Positions 9,007-18,326 of a DNA stretch of 64,000 nt are shown here, in pieces (positions within the stretch are counted from its first letter, which is position 1; each line of letters starts with the position of its first letter). Position numbers and translations under genes: made by a program. Under the pieces are notes generated by a model. It was given only the letters and a program-made list of their open reading frames with translations, was not told where the DNA came from and ran no database searches. The stretch is from the sequence record MH791398.1; one strand, written 5' to 3'.

Positions 9007-9112
9007 TAGTATCACCTGAAATCAAAATATAAAATCTCTATAAGTATTTATATAGAAGATCTATAATTAGAGAGCGAAGCGAACCGCCGAAGGCGTACTC
9101 ACTACGTTCGTA
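9007..9112. repeat. dispersed repeat copy 1: AT block plus GC mini-hairpin cluster
   Basis: CTATAAGTATTTATATAGAAGATCTATAATTAGA at 9038-9071 is identical to 52579-52612; GCGAAGC and GCCGAAGGC follow. Confidence 0.9.
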
Positions 9113-9127
9113 TTTTAAGGAGTAAAA

Positions 9128-9508
9128 ATGTTAAATTGGTTCAAGAAAACTGATACACTAGATCTGGTTGTAGAGATCTCTTATTACGATTCCATGAATT
9201 GTCTGGTGTTAATTGATACCCCCGAGATTCCTGTTACCTTCACAAAAGGTTGTGACGTTAGGGAAACAATAAATTCCACAATCATCACGTTTGCAAAAAA
9301 CGATAATAAGATCCAAAGTGCATTTAAAGATATTCGTGTTCCATCATTTGTTCGTAGTGGTTGGTTAGATGATTATAAACAAATACACAATGGAAATTTC
9401 GAAAAAGTAAAATCAAATCGTAAATTTTGGAATCATACCATTATCGATGTATCCGGTGCAAAAACACGGTGGGGTAAAGATATTCAAAGGTCTATTAAGG
9501 GGAAATGA
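9128..9508 (+). CDS. hypothetical protein
   Basis: 126 aa with RBS AAGGAG. Confidence 0.75.
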   Translation: MLNWFKKTDTLDLVVEISYYDSMNCLVLIDTPEIPVTFTKGCDVRETINSTIITFAKNDNKIQSAFKDIRVPSFVRSGWLDDYKQIHNGNFEKVKSNRKFWNHTIIDVSGAKTRWGKDIQRSIKGK

Positions 9509-9984
9509 TGGCTCGTGAGATTGAAAGGAAATGGGTGGTTGATAGACCCATGATCCCATGGTATGCGATTGACATGTTCGAGGAAGAACTTGAGCATCAA
9601 GAACAGTGGTATGTTGACGGTATTCGTTATCGCCACTGTGAGGATTATTATGGCAGTCATTGGTACATCAAAACAGTCAAAACCGGTTTCGGGCTTGAAC
9701 GCGAAGAAATAGAAACTGATATGGAACATGATGAGTTTTGGGAAATCATCAACAACCAGAATAGTAAGCCAGTCAGAAAGACCAGATACAAGATTCCATG
9801 TGAAGATGTAACGATTGAGGTTGACCTGATGGAAGATTTCCCATGCGTGTATGCGGAAATTGAGTTTGGAAGTGTGGAAGAAGCGTTAGCTTTTGATAAA
9901 ATTCCATATTGGTTTAAGGAAGAGGTTACTAATGATACTAACCATTCCATGTATGCATATTTTATGAGGTATAATGATGAGTAG
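9505..9984 (+). CDS. CYTH / triphosphate tunnel metalloenzyme
   Basis: N-terminal EIERKW (ExExK), KTRY, EVD and AEIEF motifs. Confidence 0.85.
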   Translation: MMAREIERKWVVDRPMIPWYAIDMFEEELEHQEQWYVDGIRYRHCEDYYGSHWYIKTVKTGFGLEREEIETDMEHDEFWEIINNQNSKPVRKTRYKIPCEDVTIEVDLMEDFPCVYAEIEFGSVEEALAFDKIPYWFKEEVTNDTNHSMYAYFMRYNDE

Positions 9985-10831
9985 TATGGAATTTGTGAAG
10001 TGTAAGATAATCACAACTGGGTTGGGGGTGGAGTCGTTTCTTGAAGCAAACATTCCTAATTGGAGGGATGAAAGCGTTGACCCACGGGATGCATTTTATG
10101 AGCTGGTAACAGAAAAAGAATTCATGATCTTAAACGATACAGTGTATCGCGTTATTTCTTATAAAGAACTAGACCCATGTGGTTATACTGACGTTGAGTG
10201 TAATGTAGATGGAACCATTGATTGTATTTCCTTGTGGTATAACGGTGGTGGATGTCTTTCCGAAACTATTGAAGGTGCTATGAAATGAAAGTAGAAAAAA
10301 GTATTTTACGAGAGATGTGTTGGGATGATTGTCCGGAAGGGTGGGAAGTTCTGGATAATGAAGTGACTGGTTCCGGACGATGGTCTGAATACCATACAAT
10401 GGTGTTTCGTATGCTTGGTGACGACCGTTATTGGGCTGTTAATTATAGTGTTGGTCTTACAGAAATGCAGGATGAACGTCCATTCGAAAGTGAACCTGAT
10501 ATGGTTGAAGTATTCGAAGTAAAACCAGTAGAAAAAGTCATCATTGAATATGTGCGGGTGTAAAATGAAACGTGTTTCTCTTAAGGACCCATTAGGTCAC
10601 GAATTCATTATGTCCGCATACCCTTGCATTGAAACAATGATCATGAATATTAGTATTGTTCGTTGGTTTTTCAATAATGAAAATAATATATTTGTTGAAA
10701 AAGATCCCAATCAAACAAACCCACAGGGATATATCTTCTATGAAGATAATAAACAAGAACCATTTCTTTATCCCTTCTCTCTGTGTGTATATGAATGGGA
10801 ACTAGAAAAATTCTTCGATGTTTTTGGTTGA
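9974..10831 (+). CDS. three hypothetical proteins (9974..10288, 10285..10563, about 10565..10831)
   Basis: ORF track, overlapping stop/start codons. Confidence 0.7.
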
Positions 10832-10863
10832 CATCCGATTGGGGCTATGAGACACTAGCCCCA
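10828..10863 (+). promoter_or_regulatory. early promoter with -10 inside a hairpin loop
   Basis: TTGACA-17-GACACT; TGGGGCTA/TAGCCCCA stem encloses TGAGACAC. Confidence 0.75.
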
Positions 10864-10883
10864 TCAAAACAAAGGAGACAAAT

Positions 10884-13800
10884 ATGAAAAATATTCTTGA
10901 TTATCCAGTTGGAACTCCCGGTAGTGAAGTTGAAAAGCATATGTTGGTTGCTCATGAACGTCGGTGTATGGAAACCATCGAAATTTCTTTTGGTGATGAG
11001 TCGTCATTCTACGACTATATCAGTGGTAAGGCACCAGAAGATTGGGCCGAAGATTTCCGCAATCGTTACGAAGAAGTAACCGGTTTTTCTTTCCCTCGTA
11101 ATATTAGGTTTGGAGAATAAGAATGAAGAATTATCCGCATTTCCGTGGTTCTGTTTTTGATGTGTTCTGTAAGAAAACCGCTATGTATCCACCATCAGAA
11201 ATTTTCGCGGGGTTAGTAAATCCAACAGGCCAACAGAAAAAGGCCGAAGTTCGTATCGCGACTATTTGTGAAGAATTATATGCACTGGAAGTTGGTGTGC
11301 TCCGGGATCTTCGTACGGTTATGAACGAAGTTCTTGTAATGGAACAGTTCCACAAAAATATTAAGTCAATCGTCTTCGTTGAAAAAACCGCAGAACTCCA
11401 AGCACATGTAAAGTATGCAATGGAACGTCTGAGTGGTATGATGAAGAAAGACCCTATTCTGAAAGACTACTTCGATTGGGGGTTGACCAAAGAAGAAATC
11501 AATAGTACAATCTTCAACATGGTAAACGAAATTGTTGATGATATGGAAGCCAAGGATATTGCCAAAGCACAAACTCCGGTAATCGTGGCAGAATATAACC
11601 GCATTAAAGGGGTAAAGAAATGAGCGATATCATTTTTGAAGATTATCAATCCGGTGGGGGTTCCGTAGAAGAGATAAAAGTGAAAAATCTCCAACGTATT
11701 GAGATTAGTTATGACGGAGGTCGTTTATCTGTTTACATCGATGGAGTCAAAGCGTATGGTAACATGTGTAGTGGCGATGATTTCCATCTAACAATTAACC
11801 CGAGGTATTAATATGCGTTATGAAGATCTAAATGAAATGTGTGGTGGTGAGGTTGCTTGTGTGGAAACATACACATTTGGCAAAAACTATGTTATCTGGG
11901 ATGTTTGTGGATATGACAATGTGTATCACAAAGTTAAAGTACCACTCCAAAAGGTTACACGCGAACAATCACTAGAACTGTTGGATTACTACGATCCAGA
12001 ACGGATTGCTAACTATGAATTGGAAATGGAACTCCACCGATATCACATAGGAATCTTTATCGACCACGACAAATATTCTGTTTGTAACTCTAAGTTTTCA
12101 GAACACACTGACGATGTAGAAGACTGGTCTACGCTACCATCACCCGTAACTCTGATGAAGCGCATTCAATGTGAAGAGTTGAGGTCTGAGATCATTGATC
12201 TTGAACTCAAGATCGAAAAAATTCAGGCAAGTATGTAATAAACAAGTTGACATCAAAATGATGGTATGAGATAGTATCCATACAACGAAATCAATCCTAA
12301 TGAGGAATTTATTATGAATATTAAAATCACTAATTCTGGATTCTCTACTGTTGGTATGTTCGGTCAAAACCATCGTTTGATTGAGATTGATGGAACACCT
12401 TTGTTTTATACTTGCACCGCATTCTCCCCGAATGACCATCGGATTTTTGTCCTAAAGTCGGATCGTCAACTGTGTCATTTTGTTCCTCGTGGTGTAGTCG
12501 TTGATGAAGAGTTTGTTTTTAATAACATCGATAAGTTGATGGAAGAATCGGAGTCACACAATAATGTGTATATTTATTGTGTGACAACCACCGGAATGAT
12601 TGTTCGTCCTGTTAAAGAGTCTTTTTCGTGGGGAGCACCCAGTTACAAAGGTGGTTATTCTTCTGATGTATTTGATATGGAATCTGATTTGTTTTCTAAC
12701 ATTATGAAACATATCATCGAAGATGATAATATCAATCACTTCTATTTTGTTGATGCGGTTACTGGTCAGGAGATCAATTAATGTTCAAATCACTATTTTG
12801 TAAACATGATATGAAGGTTATCTTTGAATATACTTCTGAAAGTCCGGCAGAACAAATTTCTAGATTGACCGAACTCTTGGAACGACCAAAAAATGTAGAA
12901 TCCCTTCTAAAAATGACACAAAAAGAACAAATTGTTATTGTATGTTGTAAAGAATGTGGTAAAATGAAGACTGTTAAGACAAAATTTAATCAAGGATAAT
13001 CCCATGTTTAAGAAAACTACCAAAACCGATAAATCTGTTGCTATCTCCAAACGTATTAGCCTCATCAAAACCCACGTCACCAACACCATGGAACTGTTTG
13101 ACTTCCTGAGTGGTGTTATCAATAAAAATATTCTGGTTGGTGGTAAATCCATCCAGTCTATTCTGGGGCCTTTGTACTACCCGAGCGCGAACAAAGCAGA
13201 ACGAAACCAATATGTGTTTTCTCGTTTTGTCAATTGTACTTTGATCCGAGAAAAATATGGTGTGCGGATCACAACCAAGAACAAATATATCGCCAAAGAT
13301 GTTGCAGATCTGCTTGGTCGGGTATTTAAAGTGTCAACCATCAACGTTGGTGATTTAATTACCTTTGTTGTGAAGGTTGGTAAGCCATCCGGTAATGCGT
13401 CGTTCACCAAAAATGAACCGGCTATTCAAGAAGCAAAAGATAAACTGTTTGAAATCAGTTGTAAGCTTCGTGAACTTGACGAAGAACAAAAAAATCTAGA
13501 TATCCGGTTGAGAGAAGTTAGTGATCTGTCTCGCCGTAATCGGACTACGTATCACAGTTTTCAACAAGAAGCATACAAGATCCGAACCGAAGCAAAAAAT
13601 AAATATGATGTAACCATCTAATGGATATATCATGAGTCTAAAAACTATAAACCAATCCCAGTTAGAAAGGGCTCTCGAAAACTATACCAAAATCATGTCT
13701 ATGGTTAATGACGCGGTTGATATTCGGGTTAATCTCCGAATGAATGAAACTATGGTGGTTGGATGGATTTTCAAGCGTCGTGTCAATACATGCCAATATT

Positions 13801-15595
13801 TTCAAGATAACAGCTTTGCTGGTGGATTCTATACCGAGAAATATATCCGTGCCGAGGTAACAAAAAACCTATTACGAAAAATTGGTATTCTTCACGTTGA
13901 GAAAGTATCTCTGTATCAGAGTATGGTAGATATCGATGGTGCAGATCCTTTCATCCAAGCCGATGAAGAAATGTGCAACTTCATCGATTTGATGATAGTG
14001 AAAACGCCATTGGTTGTTGAAAAGATTATTGCAAACTACCACGATTTGTATAGGACTAGACACGAATGAAAAAATTCACCATCCTGTTCTGGATTTACAC
14101 ATTCTTAGTTTTCGGGTATATTGTTGAAGGTCCGGAAATAAAATATGTTGATATTCCAGCTACATTAGAAGAGTGTTATTACGAACCAGAGCACACACAA
14201 AAGGGTATGCTTGTATGCGACTTTGATATCAGTGGATTCAGTAATTACGAGTCTGATAAGCTTATTGCCGAGTATGGTAAGTACATTACCAAGGAATATC
14301 CAAGACAAGAGGTTCGTAAAAAAGTTGATATGAAGGGTCATCAGTTCTTGATCAACGTAGAGACTTTGGAGACCAAAAAGTTTTTGGAAAATCTTGGGAT
14401 AGCTGTAATCTTATGGTGTCTTGGTATTCTAATAGTCGTTGTTCGATTTATAGGTAATATGATTTATGGAGATTGTTATTATGAAACTAGTTTCTCATAA
14501 TAAAGTATGCCCTACTTTCGGGGTTGATTTCCATGGGGTTAAGTTGACTTTACCCATGAAATACCTTTATGGTTTTCTGGCTATGAATTATGATGGAACC
14601 GTTGTGGCTTACATACATCCCCCGTTATTCAATAACGGGTATTGGTCTGATACATATCCACACCGTGATGATATTTATGTTGCAAAAGTAGAGACGGATA
14701 TCCATCCAAGTAAAACACTGGTATGTATTAGTGACAACCGTGTTAAAAAATATATGGAATAGGAAAATGAAACTGATTGTTAAAGAAGCCCATAAAGAAG
14801 ATGGGATGACTGTAGGGCCTTACCAATGGATTGAGAAAACTGATGGTACTCTTTACGCTTGGCGCTTCCATCGAGTGATGTCCATCGAGCTGTATGATCG
14901 AATGGTTAATGAATTGCTTGATGGTAAACCACCGGTTGGTGATTCTAAAGATCTGGCAGCCCGTAAGTATCTCAAGTTCGGTATTATTACCGATCCATCA
15001 ACTTTACCAAGCGAAAACAAGGACACACAATGATGTCAAAAGATGAAGCTATGGAAAAGGCATTTTATGAGTTGTTGGAGATGGATGATGAGTATTTTGA
15101 ACTACGTCTAAAAGAAACCATCGCACAGGGTGGAGTCTTTCAGAAAATGGCAGAAGATGGGTTTGTTCCATCCTTAGTTTCTGAGAAGGATGATCCGCAT
15201 GTCTTTTAAAGTGGCGAACCATTATGAATTAGAGGAAGGTCGAGAGTATTTATTTAAGGATTCTCGTGGGTGTTTCTTTCTTGGTATTTATTATGATTTT
15301 GATGTAAATGGGTTTTATACAGATTCTCATGATTTCATAGAGATGGGTCGAGTTTGCGTTGTGTGGGAACTACCAGATGAAAATAGTTGATACTATGCCC
15401 CAAAATGGTGCATTCGTTATGGTCTGGGAATGGGATAACGAATTACACAGCGATAGCTTCAAATATATTGACAACGTTCTTTATGTGTGGGATATTCCTA
15501 ATGAAGATACTTATCGTTCGTGTTGGGTTAAAGTTGAATTGAGTAATTACCGTTGTGTGTTTGAAGAATGTAATGTAAAATATATTGTAAAGTGA
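10884..15595 (+). CDS. run of about 14 hypothetical proteins (10884, 11123, 11620, 11813, 12314, 12781, 13004, 13632, 14066, 14480, 14768, 15030, about 15211, about 15377)
   Basis: Contiguous + strand ORFs with RBSs; internal promoter TTGACA-17-GATAGT at 12247-12275. Confidence 0.7.
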
Positions 15596-15659
15596 AAAAG
15601 AAAATAGCCCATAGGGTGTTCCGACTGGGCTTTACCTAAACTAAGTGAGGAAATGAAAG

Positions 15660-16391
15660 ATGTTTGATAAAATTGTTAAATTTGTAAATGAATTGGCTGA
15701 AAGTGGTTTCGTAAACAAGATTGGAAAAGACGAATATAGTTTGGTGATGAAACACTTTTACGGAAATTCTGATTCACCTTTGTATATTGAGGATGTGAAG
15801 ACCCATATCAGTCTGTCTCACCATCGAAAACCTCTGATTCACTCAACTGATTGTAAAGGTCGATTGATTGTGAGCGGAAAAGAAAACAAGATCTGGGAAT
15901 CTAGTTATCGTCACATGTTCAACCAAATTCTTCAAAATCATTATGGTGATATTATCGTGTGTAATACAGAACTAAAGGTTCTGATTGATACTCTAAACCA
16001 AGTACGTGAAATGTTTCGTGGTGTTGGTAAAGATCACGAAATTATTTCCAGAATGATGGTTAATTCTATCTATGTTGCCATCAATAACAGAACTGATATC
16101 ATCGACAAAGAAGAGTTTAACAATATTGTCGAACGTATGTTTGATAATACGGTCGATACGATTGTAGAAGCCGGGGGATATCCAATCTTCTGTGAGTTGG
16201 ATAAGTTCATCTACGTATCTCCTAGTGTTATCGATTTTGAAAGTAGTACTCATGACGACCGTCTGAAAAATATTCTGGTCGTTGACGGTTATACTTACGT
16301 AGCTGACGTAGATCAGAAGAAGAGTAAACGAGTTCGTCCTGTGGATGTGGATAATCCCAAACATCTTCGTTACTTTAACAATTTGAAATAG
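15660..16391 (+). CDS. hypothetical protein resembling a degenerate family-B DNA polymerase palm/fingers fragment
   Basis: YIEDV (A-like), LIDTLNQVREMF (fingers), RMMVNSIY (B-like), IFCELDKFIYV (C-like) in the correct order and spacing. Confidence 0.4.
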   Translation: MFDKIVKFVNELAESGFVNKIGKDEYSLVMKHFYGNSDSPLYIEDVKTHISLSHHRKPLIHSTDCKGRLIVSGKENKIWESSYRHMFNQILQNHYGDIIVCNTELKVLIDTLNQVREMFRGVGKDHEIISRMMVNSIYVAINNRTDIIDKEEFNNIVERMFDNTVDTIVEAGGYPIFCELDKFIYVSPSVIDFESSTHDDRLKNILVVDGYTYVADVDQKKSKRVRPVDVDNPKHLRYFNNLK

Positions 16392-16440
16392 TTGACTTCA
16401 TAATCCAAAGCCTGTATCTTAGCTGATATAGGCTTTTGTT
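16392..16440 (+). promoter_or_regulatory. promoter overlapping a terminator hairpin
   Basis: TTGACT-17-TATCTT; AAAGCCTGTATC/GATATAGGCTTT stem followed by TTTTGTT. Confidence 0.75.
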
Positions 16441-16458
16441 GTTTCTGAGGAATAGATT

Positions 16459-17757
16459 ATGTGTGGTCAGTGCCCAGTAGATGATTTCATTGGACAAACT
16501 TTTCCTACTCCGAAAGGTGGGGTATTGACTGTTGTTGGTATTGCTGGGAAAACAAAGAGTTATAATAAAATATATTCCGTTCATTGTTCTATCTGTTCGG
16601 AAGATAAAGAACTGTTTCCTGATTTGTTTGAGAGCCCAAAGGGGGTCTTGGTAAACGGTCGGGATCCTTGTGGATGTTCCAAATCCCCAAGATGGAAACC
16701 CTTTCAGATAGAAGTTATTGTAAGACGGTTGTGCAAAGAAATCGGTTATGAATATCTTGGGTTTCCAGAAGGATATAAAAACGCATTATCTAAGTTTGAA
16801 TACATCTGTCCTACTCATGGAAAACAGAAAGCTTCTTATAACGATTTCGTTAATGGTGGTAGACGTTGTCCTTCTTGTGGAATTGAATCTATGAAGGATA
16901 AACGAAGGAATTCAGAAGCCGAAACGATAACCAAAGAACTTTGTGAAGAAATGGGCTATGAATATGTTGGCTTTCCAGAAGGTTATAAAAACTGCTATTC
17001 TAAGTTTGAATACATTTGTCCTATTCACGGAAAACAAATAGCTTCTTATGTTAGTTTCGTTAATCTTGGTTCTCGGTGCCCCGATTGTGGAATTGAATCT
17101 ATCAAGGACAAACTAAGAAACTCGGAAGCAGAAACAATTGTGAAAGAACTCTGCGAAGAAATAGGTTATGAATACGTTGGCTTTCCAGAAGGTTATAAAA
17201 ACAAAAATTCTAAGTTTGAATACATCTGTCCTATTCACGGAAAACAAATAGCTTCTTATGATAAATTCGTTCATGGTGGTAGCCGTTGTCCTTCTTGCAC
17301 CAACCATGGTTATGGCAAATCCAAACACGGATACCTTTACGTAACCAACTGGACAAACTACGATAAAGATACAAACGAGTTTTTCAAGATTGGTATCACA
17401 AACTTCTTAGATCAACGTATCAAACAACAAGCTCGTAAAACGTCGTACAAGCCCCACCAGCTAATTGTATTCAAGTTCGAGGATGGTTCTATCCCACAAG
17501 AGCTAGAACGTCTCACAAAGCCATACAGGCAGGATATGGAGCATCCTATCATCACACCAGACGAGTTTGCTGATGGTGCAACAGAAATCCTCCAAAACTG
17601 GATTGATATTATTAAAATTCTCCCAGAACTGATTGACACAATCAGGGAGAAAGGACACACTCCTGAAATAGAAGTTGGTAAACGACTTTACAACAAGTTG
17701 ATTAAGCTTGACAAAGACCAAATGGCTAAGGTAATCTTAGAACATCTTTATAAATGA
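16459..17757 (+). mobile_element. putative free-standing homing endonuclease with three 70-aa Zn-binding repeats and a GIY-YIG-like (T5orf172/MUG113) C-terminal domain
   Basis: Repeated EYICP.HGKQ.ASY..FV..G.RCP.C with 210-nt period (16798, 17008, 17218); GYLYVTNW...FFKIGITN..DQRIKQQ. Confidence 0.7.
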
Positions 17758-17767
17758 GAATCAGAAT

Positions 17768-18325
17768 ATGAAATATGAACTTGGTAAGAAATATAAAATC
17801 GTGTACATTCATGCAGATGCATCAGATGAATTCGGTGTATCTACCGGTGATGTAATTGAATGTCATTTCATCGACGATCAAAATGGTTACTTATGGACTC
17901 GCGACGTTTATTGTTATGGTAAACAGGTAAATCCTTATTATGATCATGGTGCATGGTGTTTCGCTGCTCCATCAGATCCAGAAATTATTTTGGAAGAATA
18001 TGAACCAGAACCAAGCTTGTCAACCATCTTCACTACCTCGGTTGAACTTGGTCGGGTTGATACTTCCAAAAAGCGAACCTATGATTACGTTCTCTCCAAA
18101 TGTATGGAAGAACTCGGGGAACTGTCTTTGGAGGTGCAGATCGAAAACGGTTTGTCTTACAAGGAACCGGGTAAGGATGGTATTCGCGGTGAAGCTGTAG
18201 ATCTGGCTATTGCTGCTATGGATATGTTCGCTCTTGCCTGTGGTGATATGAACAAGCAAGCTATCGAAAATCTTTTCCTTTCTACTATGGAAAAGAAAAT
18301 TGTAAAATGGAAAGAGAAGGCTTAA
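17768..18325 (+). CDS. MazG-like nucleotide pyrophosphohydrolase with an N-terminal extra domain
   Basis: KCMEELGELS...GEAVDLAIAAMD (EExxE...ExxD motif). Confidence 0.7.
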   Translation: MKYELGKKYKIVYIHADASDEFGVSTGDVIECHFIDDQNGYLWTRDVYCYGKQVNPYYDHGAWCFAAPSDPEIILEEYEPEPSLSTIFTTSVELGRVDTSKKRTYDYVLSKCMEELGELSLEVQIENGLSYKEPGKDGIRGEAVDLAIAAMDMFALACGDMNKQAIENLFLSTMEKKIVKWKEKA

Positions 18326-18326
18326 A

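Noticed and set aside
16730-17300. Regular 210-bp repeats as a possible CRISPR-like array
   Set aside because: They are in-frame coding repeats of Zn-finger modules with no unique spacers
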